Positions 1-13,769 of a DNA stretch of 64,000 bases are shown piece by piece (the stretch's first letter is position 1; each line of letters begins with the position of its first letter). Under the pieces are notes generated by a model. It worked only from the letters and a program-made list of their open reading frames with translations, was not told where the DNA came from and did not search any database. Source of the stretch: Octopus sinensis (Eukaryota); assembly GCF_006345805.1 (NCBI RefSeq), contig NC_043003.1, forward strand, positions 36,766,001 through 36,830,000, written 5' to 3'. The position numbers and the translations under genes were made by a program.

Positions 1-1641
1 TCGCTGTTTTGTATGTTTGTTCCTTTGTTTGTTTTTTACTTATTTCTATATCGATGATGGCTCTGCCTACGTTGTTTAATGCCCCGATCTTGTTTTTTTG
101 TTAATTTCTTTTACCGTTCTATTCTAGCTTTATTTATCATAACAATTTCGTAGCAATTGTACATGTAGTTTTTTTTTTGTTTAGCTTTTAATCTTTTTTC
201 TGTTGTTGCTGTTGAGGTTTTCTCGCCTTTATATAATTTTTTTTTCTTAGTTATTTTATTTATTTAATCATTTATTATTTATTTCTTTTTTTACTGTTAC
301 CAATTATGTTATTGTACTTAGTCCCACGTTTGTTATCGCTGTTCTTCATACTGTTGTCTTACTTTTATAACTATTGTTTACGGCAATTTTTTTCATTATC
401 ATTCTATACGGCTATTGTTTTGTTTGTTCGATCTTTCTTCCTATTTGGTTTTTGTTCCAACACTCTAGCTACAATGTTCTCATTTTTTGCCTATTAATGC
501 CATTGTGTATATTAACGTTGTTGTTGTAGCTGTTACACTCTCTTCATTCTGTTTATTAATTTACTCTAAAGTAATATTTCAATAAGTGTTATTAGTGTAT
601 TATAGTGTAGATCGTGGAAACGTTAATGTATCGAGCAGTCAGCCGGCATATCAGTGGTTCTCATTCGGAACCTGGTTCTACGAAGTGTATATTGCTGACA
701 AATTCAGTTCTCGACGATTAAGCACATTTAGCAACGTATAAGTACCATCAGAATCTTTTGATTCTTTAATTCACTGTTTAAGTTCTCACGCAAGAAAAAT
801 TTTTGCAAGCGTTTTTTTGCTGAACAATAAGGAAACTGTGGATAAATTATGTTCCTAAAATATTTTTGTCATATTTATCTTTTCAAAGCGGGAACCTGAA
901 TGTGGTTGCTTCATCTCTTGACATAATCCAGAGGCAAGCCGGGGCAAGACATCCTGCGGGAAATATTATCAAAATTTCCCGTCTTCCTTTCTTTCTCACT
1001 CTCTCTCTCTCTCCTCTCTCTCGCAGTCTATGACTTTCTCTCTCTCTTTTCCTCTCCCACTCTTTCTCTCTATTATTTTATGAGACAGAGACATTGACTT
1101 AATGTATTTCTGAAAGTATACTATCTGAAAATCAGATTCGACATTTATCGGCAGAGGGCTTTTGATACTATATCGGTTCGACCGAGATTCTAACTGATTA
1201 CAAACAGCAATTACAAAGTGTCGTAAGTTAAGGCTTAAAATATTATTAAAGAAAAAGAAGAAATGGTAGCAAGTTATCGAGACATTTAATTCAATTTATT
1301 TATATGTTGCTGTTTTAAGGTATTGATGCAGTCGACATAAAATATCATTTAACTTGATTTTCAAACCACTGGGTTTACGCTTTTTGTTCTTGGGTGTATG
1401 TAACTGAGATACATTGGAACATTGCGTATTTATTTTCTGGTTCAGGGCGATTTTCCAGCTGCAAAACACATCTTTCTATTCTGGGTATATCTATATATTT
1501 TGATACATCCCTTGAGTAAACTATACATTCATTCATATTGAACGCATTTCATAGTTTATTTCAATCTTCATGATGCTTCATCGATTCTTTAAAAATTTTA
1601 AATAAGTGGACATTTGAAAATTCATTGTACGTGTGTGTGTG

Positions 1642-1684
<43 letters not shown>

Positions 1685-2625
1685 TGTGTGTCTGTCTGTC
1701 TGTGTGTCTGTGTGTCTGTATACTACTGTATATATGATGGCCGTTTACTCGTGACCGAGTAAAGCCATCGCTGGCATCTGTCACTGAAGAAATATATTTA
1801 TAAAGAAACACGTGTCTGGTTGTCCGATGTCAATATTCGGAACGCTGCCTTTTCTGTTTTCACAAATATAATCTATCAGAATAAATTCTTTGAGACAATA
1901 ACTGCAGAGTACAGAGGACGTTCTTCCATTTGGATTCTACCGGATGTTTATGCCAAATATCCAACTAAATGTGGGATACTTAGCCACTTACACTAAAGGA
2001 TTTTCTATTTAGGACGTCGAGCATTCAGATGATCGCTCAGCTAATGTGCTTTGTATGAAAATTCCACAAATATGTCGAAGTTTTACGTAATTTTAGGCTT
2101 AAAATACATAACAGAATAGGCTGCTTTAGGTGTAACTTAAGTTACAATGTCAATCCCTCCGACTGGATTTTCATGCGATTTTGACCTACACAAATTGATA
2201 CTGTCGAGGATTGGAAGGAATCGAAACCATGCTAAAATTTACTTGCTGAAGATGCTGACTCGTAGTTTCATGATTGCGAGATAAACTTCTATTTCACTCA
2301 ACAACTCTGGTGTATTCTTACACTGGCATTCAAAATGTAGGTAGATAAGTAAGCATTTTCATTCCTTTGAATTTTAGTATTCGTTTCTGTGTCAATGAAT
2401 AGATGTGGCATAATTTAATGAGACGCAAGCGGGCCAGCGCAGTTGTTATTCTTCTTTACATTCACATAAAGTAATAATCTCTGTTGGATACCTAAGCTCA
2501 TCATTCCTGATTTATATCCATATAGGAATAGGATCCCACGAGAGTAAGGTAGGAAAAATTACATCAATTGCACCTTTAGAAGCTGAAGGGTCGTATATTT
2601 TCTGTTAGTGTTAATGTGTATGTGT

Positions 2626-2656
<31 letters not shown>

Positions 2657-2699
2657 GTGTTTGTGTGTGTGTGTAATCCTAAATATATTGCTGTATGTA

Positions 2700-3410
2700 T
2701 GCGAGTTGTATCTTAAGCTACAGTTTCATCAGCGCTGCCTCCGACGCATTTAGAGATCCAATGCTACCAAAGAGTCTCATGTGTGAAGGTTTTTGAGTAG
2801 TCCCAAATACCAAGCATGGATTTACTATTCACAAATGATAGAGACTCAGCTAAGAGGCACTGGACACCTCGTGCGCATGCCGGACAACAGGGCACTGAAG
2901 CTGCTCTTCTACAGTGAATTGACAGAGGGCCATCGATCAAGAGGACGGCCGAGGCTTCGCTATAGATCAGAGGTCGACGTAAATGGGGTAAAAACGAAAT
3001 TCTTGAGGGTAATCAGGACTCATTAGACAAAAGTAAAATAAATAACAAACATTCCTTGCTATCTATGATTTTCTTCCTTTCGAATCAAGGGGTAACGTTG
3101 GCTTAAATACATATATTTTGAGGCAATCGGTAAAAAGTGTTCCCCGACCCCTGTTATAGAGACACTATGGAAAAAACCCTCCAGAAAGTTGACGAAGAAC
3201 AATGGGAAATTATGGTCACGAACAGGTCTGATTCGAGGCAAGCAATTCGCAAGAGAGCAGAAGCCTACGAAAGTGAAAACGAGTCAACCAAGTGGAAAAC
3301 AGAGCGGCAATAAAGGCTAGAACATACAGAGGAGAGAATTTCTTCGTGTGTCCGTTATTCGACCGTAGATTCGACAGAAACTGAAAGAAGATCCTCGCAT
3401 ATATATATAT
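2700..3410 (+). mobile_element. RTE-clade LINE, degraded 3' end of ORF2
   Basis: Translations FHQRCLRRI, QLRGTGHLVRMPDNRALKLLFYSELTEGHRSRGRPRLRY and WEIMVTNRSD..RKRAEAYE match the RTE RT C-terminal pattern (QLRWxGHxxRMxxxRxPKxxxYGEL..RGRP). Stops and frameshifts are present. Confidence 0.8.
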
Positions 3411-3469
3411 GATGATTTCTTTTGAATGAAACAGTTCTAGTCCTGTAGAAGCTCCTTCTATATAATATA

Positions 3470-3529
<60 letters not shown>

Positions 3530-3609
3530 TAATTAATATATTATATATATATACTGTATGTATGTATATTAGGAGCTTCTGCATGTATATATGTAGAGAT
3601 AGAGTAGAC

Positions 3610-3643
3610 ACGCAGACAGAGAGAGACAGACAGACAGGCTGAC

Positions 3644-3741
<98 letters not shown>

Positions 3742-3757
3742 ACAGATAGATAGATAA
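3610..3757. repeat. (GACA)n/(GATA)n tetranucleotide microsatellite
   Basis: Direct reading of the sequence. Confidence 0.95.
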
Positions 3758-3763
3758 GTTTCT

Positions 3764-4288
3764 TTATTGGCCACACAGGGCTGCACACAGATTGGACAAG
3801 TTACAAAGTAGAGCTTTTCTTTTGGGGGATGAAAAAAACAACAACAAAAAACAAAAAAAACAAAAGAATAAAAAAAGAAAGGGTGGCGTAGGTTTTCGAT
3901 CAAAAGGGATCGTAAAAGGGAAAAAAGAACAAAAAAAGGAAAAGAAAAAAAGAAAAAAGGGAAAAGGAACAAAGGAAAAGAGAAATGAAAAAAGAAGAAA
4001 AAAGAGGAAAAAAGGCGAAGAGGAAAAGAAAACGATCAATAGGGATCGTGTATCACAGTGTCATGATGTATGATGTAAAGGAGAAAGCAAATAAGGTTTA
4101 TCCGTGGGAAGAAAAGCCTACGAAAAAGACCACGGTAACCTTGGTCAATATTGTTATATGTTACCACATTTGTTTGTAAGTGGGTAACCCTCTGTTTTCA
4201 ATTTCTGGGTTCATAGGATTATGCTCAAGGTGGCTTCGTCATTCATACGTGCCATCCTTGCTACATTCACCCATCTTTTTTTAAACGT
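3764..4288 (-). mobile_element. L1/Tx1-like LINE 3' end (ORF2 C-terminus plus T-rich 3' UTR)
   Basis: Minus strand reads FKKRWVNVARMARMNDEATLSIIL*, then a pyrimidine-rich UTR ending in AATAAAGAAAC, with microsatellites on both sides. Clade assignment is from recollection only. Confidence 0.5.
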
Positions 4289-5403
4289 AGATAGATAGAT
4301 AGATAGATAGATACATGCATACATACATACATACATACATATATAGAAATATATATATGCGCCTGTACGTGTGTGTGTGTGTATGTGAATGTGTATGTGA
4401 GTGTGCTGTGTGTGTATTGGTATAGTTACAGAAACTGAGCGAGTGAGGGTTAAGTATCTTCGATAACAACTCATATTTACTAGCAACTATGAATACAAGC
4501 AACTATCAACATACACTTATACATCAACACATATAGCCACATCCGTACACACTCAGACATTATACAACATGTGTGTGAGTGAGTGTCAGTGTGTGCATGT
4601 GGGTATGTGGGTATGCGACGATGAGAATAAATATACTGTAACGTTACATACACATGTGTATGTCTGTGTGTGTGTGTGTGTATGCCTTGTCCTTGTTCAT
4701 ATATCTATGAATTTCATATCAATTTCACGACATTATGAAGATGCATTGTAATACAGGAAAAATATACGAAAAACAACAGCGTTTATAAAATCAATAGAGC
4801 GCTGATAGATAATATAAAGCTACAGGGAATCGAGAGTAAATTTGGCGAAAGCGCGCTCAGTCTTAGCGTATTATAGTCTAGATATATTCTTTTATAATCC
4901 TTTCACATCTGAGGAAGAGGTTTTGTGTCGAGAATATAATATATCGATAGATGTTATTGTTGCTTTTGTTGTTTCTATAATTTTTTATTCACTCATAGCT
5001 TTTGTTGCGTTTTTTCCTTGTTTTTTTGTTCATGTTTTTAGTTTTTACCTAATTTAGGTCGTACGTTCCCCATTTCATGCTCAATGATTTTAATACAATA
5101 TCAACTCTCCGTTAAATGGTGATTTATCGAAATACTATATCAAATATATAAGCTTCCCTCGGTGTGTACTTGTCATTCTCTGACTGATAGTGAAAGTATG
5201 GATACGCTGTATCGTACGTTGTCTTTTCATATGTATGCGATGTGTTAGATCTTGTGTGTATTCACAGTTCTGTAATTCATTCTTTGCTTCCTTCTGTATT
5301 ATCTTTGCAGTGTGTCTGTCACACTCAAGCACGAACGGATATGTCCGTATACAAGCGTATATGTATGTGTGTGCGTGTGTGTGTTTGTATATACATATAT
5401 ATA

Positions 5404-5493
<90 letters not shown>

Positions 5494-7048
5494 CAAACAC
5501 ATACATGCCCAGACATCGATTTCAGTGACTGTGCTTAGTATATCGCACCTGTGCTAGCAGAAAAAATATAATCAAGATCATAAGGATGAAAGGTAAAGCA
5601 GTATTGGACACCATCTGAAACATAACAAAATATCACAAATCATTATACATGCGTATGTATATACATACATGCACACACACACACACGCACATTCACACAC
5701 ACATACACGCATACACACATACACACCTCTACATATACAGAGTGAAAGAAGCATGGAGACATACATACATACATACATACATACATACATACATACATAC
5801 ATACATACATACATACATACATGCATACATACATACATACGTGTGTGTATGGATGGATGGATGGATGGATTGGTGGGTGGATGGTTGGATGGATGGATGG
5901 TCTATTGGTACAATCATGACCACCGGAATTTGAATTTTAGGGCCTTTTGGAATTATACGTCAGATTCAATATTTCAGTTGTTTAAGTGTCTTTTTACAAA
6001 TGCGTGGCGTATGCTTGTCAATTTTTGCATTGTACTTCCACATTAATCTTTCCACATTTGTGAAGCGATTCGATAATTTGGAAGGATGATGTCCAATAAT
6101 TTTTGGCTGTATACATTTGTTTCATGTGTGGTGTAGTGGACGTTATATTTCATATGTTACTAAAAATAACACATGTAAAAATAGATATTCACACTTCAAT
6201 AAACACATACTTATAACAAAATGGAAACAAAGTCGATATCATTAGAAAAAATCCGAAAATTTCAATATTTAAGAGTGATAAAAGTAATATTTTCAGATCA
6301 TGAATAAAAATGAATATATTGCAAAATTTTAAAATTTACTTAACAACGAAAACAAATTATAATGATTCGGAAAGATATCACCGACGCATACTTTCTCAAA
6401 TAAATAGAGGAAAACATCTTTTTGTACTGTAAAAGAAATTAACGATGTTAGTAATGTCTTCAGACTAGACATAGCAAGTTTGATTACCAATGTTTTAGTT
6501 GCAGGAAAATGGAATCCATTTTATAGGACTATTGAAATATCCATTGATATATATATATAGACATTACAACATCTGGTATTCTGTTGATATGATTAATATC
6601 TGTACAACAGGATTATTTTGTCGATGTCTACAAGGTTAACTTTTATTATATAAACAAATGACAGGTCACTAGTGTATACTTAGAGTCTCCTCCGATCGAG
6701 CCGCTACTTCTTCCTTTGAGGTATCACAGCTCCATAACTATAGATATGTGATTAGAATTTCGCAGTAAACAATCGCAAGGTGGATTATACGAATTAAACC
6801 AACCGTCGGAAAACTACAAGCACACCAAGAACGAGATGGCTGAGTAATATCCAAAGTGACAGTTGGTCACGCTTTGTAATCCAGCCGGTATGATGGAAAG
6901 ACTAATGATGGTTGTTTCTGATAAGATCTTTATATACATACATATATATATATTTATTTATTTATCTATCTATTTATATATATATATGTGTGGGGGGTTG
7001 TATTTATATATATGTATATATATATATATTATATATATATATATATAC

Positions 7049-7081
<33 letters not shown>

Positions 7082-7100
7082 GGAGATATATAGATATGTG

Positions 7101-7152
<52 letters not shown>

Positions 7153-7169
7153 GTATATATATATGGTAA

Positions 7170-7470
7170 ATGAAAGATTGAAGATGGACGATAAAGCATA
7201 TCGCCAGCTTCCAGAGAAGCAATAAGAGACATTCAGCATCTTTGGATGATTTAGTGTGGGGACTGAAGGAATATAAAATTAAGTATAACATAACTTGGTC
7301 CATAAGTCCCGCAAAACCATAAGATATCATTTCTAGGAGATGCCAACTCTGCTCCAATAAATTCCTGTCTACTCTGCGGACCAATGAGAAGATCATTAAT
7401 ATAATTTCTGAAAGACTCTCAAGATGCCTGCATGCATATAAATGTACTTTCTCACAATGCAGTGGGAATG
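7170..7470 (+). mobile_element. Penelope-like element, GIY-YIG endonuclease C-terminal remnant
   Basis: Frame from about 7209 reads FQRSNKRHSASLDDLVWGLKEYKIKYNITWSISPAKP*DIISRRCQLCSNKFLSTLRTNEKIINIISERLSRCLH. This matches the PLE pattern 'ST.LS.HIW.LK....Y.I.W.I....PY.....RC.LC..EK..I.......LN...E..SKCRH'. Confidence 0.8.
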
Positions 7471-8127
7471 AATTTGGGTAACTGTTAACAAAATGTACTT
7501 TGAAGTATGGGTGAATTAAATTTAACATTAACATCCTCGTTCTTATAAACACAAAGTAGCTATTTATCTCGCTCTGTGAACATATTTGCTCCAAAACACA
7601 CGTGAGGTCTACATTAATTCAACCTCATCTTTGTTTATACTTGTGTGAGCGAATGTACATACGTCATGCTGCGTACGCGAGGGGTTTTTGACAGCCATAT
7701 CCCTTAACGGTTATTTTAAATACTTTTCTAGCTGTATTGCGTGTTCGTTTCTTTTTTTGCATTTGTTCTTATATTATTGATCTTTTACATAAATGAAGAT
7801 ATATCCTTTAGTTTGCTGCTTTTCTTTACACGAAATGAGAAGGTATATTGCAGAGCTGTTTATTTTAACATGTTATATATATTTATCACAAGAAGAAACA
7901 CATCTGCAGCGATGGGTTCTCTTGCACAAGTTGTTAAGTTTACCACCCCTAAGAGATCGATTGTAGATGGGTTGAAGCAATTGTAGTGATTAATAAAAAT
8001 TTACATATCATCCATCTTCCGTCATTCATTTATCATTTACATAATGAATACTTTGAAAGTGACCGTACATTACCAGTTAGCTACAGGGTATAGACCATTA
8101 ACTTTATTATATATATATATATATATA

Positions 8128-8173
<46 letters not shown>

Positions 8174-8231
8174 ATATTCTAATATATATATATATATCCA
8201 TCTATATATCTATCCATATATATATATATAT

Positions 8232-8430
8232 ATCTTTTTACTCTTTTACTTGTTTGAGTCATTTTGACTGTGGCCGTGCGGGAGGACCGCCTTTAGTCGA
8301 GCAAATCGACCTCAGGGCTTATTCTTTGTAAGCTTAGTACTCATTCTATCGGTCACTTTTGCCGAACCGGTATGTTACGGGGACGTAAACACACCAGCAT
8401 CGCAGCATCGGTTGCCAAGCGATGTTGGAC
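8232..8430 (-). mobile_element. SINE family A (tRNA head, CORE-like CTTGGGCAAGT body), 3' half
   Basis: Homologous to the fuller copies at 13321-13720 and 35385-35802. Confidence 0.85.
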
Positions 8431-8461
8431 ACACACACACAAACATATACACACACGTACC

Positions 8462-8553
<92 letters not shown>

Positions 8554-8591
8554 ATGTATGTATGTATGTATGTATGTATGTATGTATGTAT

Positions 8592-10038
8592 GTATGTATG
8601 AATGTATGTGTAGGAGAAGAAAAATTATAAGTCAGAATGCTAAATTGAAAGTAAATTTTAATAAAAATGGGTGTTTGAAAAATTAAAAAAGAAAAAATAA
8701 TAAATCAAAGCAGCCCTCATGGCAAGGCAAATTTTCAAGATTTTGGAAGGGGAAAATTTTTTTTTATAAATTGGAGAAGGGGAAAAAAGAAAATTACAAT
8801 GTTTTTTCAAAACATTTATAATACATATATACAAAAATTAATAAATAAGTATACCAATACATTGTAGAGTCTTTATACTTTTAGAGTTCAATAATAGACC
8901 TTGGAAAAATTTCTTTGGAGGATTAGGATGCATGTTTTCAAATGTAGTGTTTAGTTTAAAAGAGTTGGGTGAATGTGTGTCAAAACAGGAAATGGGGTAG
9001 GAGTTATCCAGTTCCTGTGAGCAAGAGGAGACAATTCTGTGCTCTTAAATTGGAATGATGGATTTTTTTTGTCAAACAGGATGCTTATATCAATTTTTGT
9101 CAGATATATTTATACGACGGGCCTCTTTCACTTTCCGTCTACCAAATCAACTGGCAAGGCTTTGCCCAAGGTGCCACGCAGTGGGACTGAACCCGGAACC
9201 ATGTGGTTGGTAAGCAAGCTACTTACCACACAGCCACTCCATACATATATATATATATGTATATATATAAACAAACAGATAGAGAGACAGAGAGCTGTTC
9301 TTTATTTAACATTTTCATATTTAGATTCTTTCTTGTTAGTTTGGACCAATAGTATTCCAGAGTCCGATTCCGACTTTTTCAGTTCTTTATAGTCTCATTT
9401 TCAAGAAATGAATACCTTCGCAACTTTTGAGTTTCTTATATTCTGGATGAATTCGTGTATAATTTCCCATCAAATGATGTTGACTTTTAGCTTCATGCAT
9501 CAGCAGACACCTCTTCATTTATTTGTGACTGTCATATTTTAACCCGTTACACTTTTATTATTAACGCGCGCATGTATGTGTGTGTGTGTGTGTGTGTATG
9601 TGCACGTGTCAGAGGTCACGTGCGAATTTGTGATACATGATAATTTCATAATTGTATTGCAAAATGACTATGGTTTTTGCAATCGATCTTTAAATTTTGT
9701 GTGGTAGTGTCATATTCCTACGTAAGAGCGTTCTATTGATGCACGGTACTAACGTAGAGACGATCACGAAACTATCAGCTGGAGAGTCTACGTTAATTCA
9801 ACCAGTATGTAAGAAGCAACATGGTTGGCAGGTATATGAGAGTCTGCAGTTCTGGAAACGACTGAGTTAAAAATCACGACCTCTATTGTTCCGTATCAAA
9901 CTTTAAAAATCTAGCAAAATAAAGCATGAAAAATTTGAAGTAAGATGGAAGATAAAACCCGAACATGGTCTTGTATTTCATGAAACATAATGTGCGGGAG
10001 AGAGAGAGACAGAGTGAGATTCAATGGATGTTACATAA

Positions 10039-10134
<96 letters not shown>

Positions 10135-11615
10135 CTGTGTATGTGTGTATGTATATATGTATGTATGTATGAATGTATGTGTAGGAGAAGAAAAATTATA
10201 AGTCAGAATGCTAAATTGAAAGTAAATTTTAATAAAAATGGGTGTTTGAAAAATTAAAAAAGAAAAAATAATAAATCAAAGCAGCCCTCATGGCAAGGCA
10301 AATTTTCAAGATTTTGGAAGGGGAAAATTTTTTTTTATAAATTGGAGAAGGGGAAAAAAGAAAATTACAATGTTTTTTCAAAACATTTATAATACATATA
10401 TACAAAAATTAATAAATAAGTATACCAATACATTGTAGAGTCTTTATACTTTTAGAGTTCAATAATAGACCTTGGAAAAATTTCTTTGGAGGATTAGGAT
10501 GCATGTTTTCAAATGTAGTGTTTAGTTTAAAAGAGTTGGGTGAATGTGTGTCAAAACAGGAAATGGGGTAGGAGTTATCCAGTTCCTGTGAGCAAGAGGA
10601 GACAATTCTGTGCTCTTAAATTGGAATGATGGATTTTTTTTGTCAAACAGGATGCTTATATCAATTTTTGTCAGATATATTTATACGACGGGCCTCTTTC
10701 ACTTTCCGTCTACCAAATCAACTGGCAAGGCTTTGCCCAAGGTGCCACGCAGTGGGACTGAACCCGGAACCATGTGGTTGGTAAGCAAGCTACTTACCAC
10801 ACAGCCACTCCATACATATATATATATATATATGTATATATATAAACAAACAGATAGAGAGACAGAGAGCTGTTCTTTATTTAACATTTTCATATTTAGA
10901 TTCTTTCTTGTTAGTTTGGACCAATAGTATTCCAGAGTCCGATTCCGACTTTTTCAGTTCTTTATAGTCTCATTTTCAAGAAATGAATACCTTCGCAACT
11001 TTTGAGTTTCTTATATTCTGGATGAATTCGTGTATAATTTCCCATCAAATGATGTTGACTTTTAGCTTCATGCATCAGCAGACACCTCTTCATTTATTTG
11101 TGACTGTCATATTTTAACCCGTTACACTTTTATTATTAACGCGCGCATGTATGTGTGTGTGTGTGTGTGTGTGTATGTGCACGTGTCAGAGGTCACGTGC
11201 GAATTTGTGATACATGATAATTTCATAATTGTATTGCAAAATGACTATGGTTTTTGCAATCGATCTTTAAATTTTGTGTGGTAGTGTCATATTCCTACGT
11301 AAGAGCGTTCTATTGATGCACGGTACTAACGTAGAGACGATCACGAAACTATCAGCTGGAGAGTCTACGTTAATTCAACCAGTATGTAAGAAGCAACATG
11401 GTTGGCAGGTATATGAGAGTCTGCAGTTCTGGAAACGACTGAGTTAAAAATCACGACCTCTATTGTTCCGTATCAAACTTTAAAAATCTAGCAAAATAAA
11501 GCATGAAAAATTTGAAGTAAGATGGAAGATAAAACCCGAACATGGTCTTGTATTTCATGAAACATAATGTGCGGGAGAGAGAGAGACAGAGTGAGATTCA
11601 ATGGATGTTTACATA
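8592..11615. repeat. Near-identical tandem duplication, unit about 1.57 kb, bounded by (TA)n/(TG)n tracts
   Basis: 8592-10040 recurs at 10163-11615 with an offset of 1571-1577. Differences I could see are almost only microsatellite lengths and one 1-nt indel. Confidence 0.95.
9108..9242 (-). mobile_element. SINE family A, 5' part (duplicated at 10679-10813)
   Basis: GTGCCACGCAGTGGGACTGAACCCGGAACCATGTGGTTGGTAAGCAAGCTACTTACCACACAGCCACTCC matches 35730-35800. Confidence 0.85.
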
Positions 11616-11616
11616 A

Positions 11617-11740
<124 letters not shown>

Positions 11741-11829
11741 GTATGTTTGGAATTAAAAGCTGCATATTGATAGCTGAAACCTGCAAGCCAGCGGGAGCCT
11801 GACGGAAGAATCTCGAGTTTTCCGTTCTC

Positions 11830-12400
11830 TGCAAATCGATGAGACAACAACATCTAAGAAATGACTTAGAGAAGTATAGACTGCAAATATTGATGCAGTC
11901 GGCAGAGGGAAGGAAAGTTTTGAAAACGATGCAGGAGAAGGTTCGCATTCTGTATGTCGGAAGTGACGGCGCTTAAGAAAAAGGATGTGCTCACAGTGGC
12001 AGACAAAATAATAGACGGAGGAGGTATGCAAAACTTTCTGCATCAAACTTTTTAAATCATTGTTTATCCTCGATCCCCCACCGCCACAAATGCTGGAAGA
12101 AATGGCACCTATTCTGATCAGTAAAATTGAAAATAACCTCAAACCGGTGAAAATAGAGCTCCTGGGAAATATCACATAGCAATAGAAATGTTAAGATACG
12201 GAATTGAAGAGCTGTGGAAAATGGTTGCTCTACGCTTCAATCGCTATTTGAAGGAGGGTAAAAAACATGATAAAAAAGACTTTAAAAAGCCATCGCTCCA
12301 TATACCTCTTGTCTCACCTTTATAAGCTGTTTACAAAGATCATAGTCACTGGACTATAAAAAAACCTTGACTTCGAACAACCGAGAGAACAATTGCCTAA
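11830..12400 (+). mobile_element. RTE-clade LINE, RT N-terminal fragment
   Basis: Translation HRSIYLLSHLYKLFTKIIVTGL*KNLDFEQPREQ matches RT motif 'YRPISLLSHLYKLFTKII..RL...LD..QPREQAGFR'. Confidence 0.75.
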
Positions 12401-13320
12401 AGATGATGTTGAAAACACCGTCTATACTCGGAGCAAGCAAGGCGACCTCCAGGGTGGTAGTAAGCCCCGGCGATTCATTTATTGTATTTGGCTATTGTAA
12501 TGCAGCAAAGGGTCATAGCTTCGATAATTGTTAGTCCCATAAAATAAATTTCGACTCAGTTGTTATACATTTACTACCGATGAAGATACAGCGAGGCACA
12601 TTTACTTCCATTTCAATTCAGCTAGAGGACCTACTCGGGGACAATGAGACTAAATCATTAACCCGTAAAAGTTCAAACTGCCTCAATGAATCAGCGTCAG
12701 AATCTCGGGCAGTTCATTATGGCTATTGCCTGCCATAAGATAAAGTACCGCACATTCGATATCAGTTGAGTTCTCCAAGGGAACCCCCTAGGGCTGGCAG
12801 TGAGCCCATTTGGACCACTTTTCAAATACATATTATGGTAACAGCAAAGCATTTTAACTTTTGGAAATAACAGTCAAATTTAACGAAAGTTGATGCATCG
12901 GTTACCTATGTCCTACAAATGAAAAAGCGAATTTCAAAATCCACCTGGCTAAACTTTTGTTTGCTAAGTTAACTTTAGGATGATTGAATTTAATTTGGCA
13001 CCTAGTTGTCTCTCCTGAGTAATTGCACCACAATTAAGTGTCGAACAGGGAGTTAATTTCTTTTTCCGTGAACTTTCGCGCCATTTCTCATTCATAAGCA
13101 AGAAAGCGCAATTTAACCCAGGTGTAAATTTTAACGCCTACTGATTGTTAATTACCCCCACAGAATTTCTTAATTGCCACCACACTTATTGCTCCTCAGG
13201 AATTTGGAACGCGTCTGGTCGTCCAGAAGGCAATACCTCATGTTACTGAGGCAACCATACTTACAGGATGTGCTGCACGGAATTTCGTCAGTGAACAGGT
13301 CGCGGCTTCAAAGCGACGGA

Positions 13321-13720
13321 ACCACATGGTTCCGGGTTCAGTCCCACTGCGTGGCAACTTGGGCAAGTGTCTTCTACTATAGCCTCGGGCTGACCAAAGC
13401 CTTCTGAGTGGATTTGGTAGAAGGAAACTGAAAGAAGCCGGTCGTATATATGTATATATATATATATATGTGTGTGCGTATATGCTTGTGTGTCTGTTTG
13501 TCCCCCCAACATCGCTTGCCCACCGATGCTGGTGTGTTTACGTCCCCGTAACTTAGCGGTTCGGCAAAAGATACCGATAGAATAAGTACCAGGCTTACAA
13601 AGAATATGTCCAGGGGTCGATTTGCTCGACAAAAGGTGGTGCTCCAGTATTGCCACAGTCACATGACTGAAACAAGTGAACGGTTTTTGTGTGTTTTTAA
13701 GTGGCTTATAAACACCTTCC
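13321..13720 (+). mobile_element. SINE family A, near full length (5' truncated)
   Basis: B-box-like GGTTCAGTCCC, CTTGGGCAAGTGTCTTCTAC body, internal (TA)/(TG) tract and shared 3' tail. Multiple copies occur in the window. Confidence 0.9.
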
Positions 13721-13734
13721 ACACTGCAATTGTT

Positions 13735-13769
<35 letters not shown>

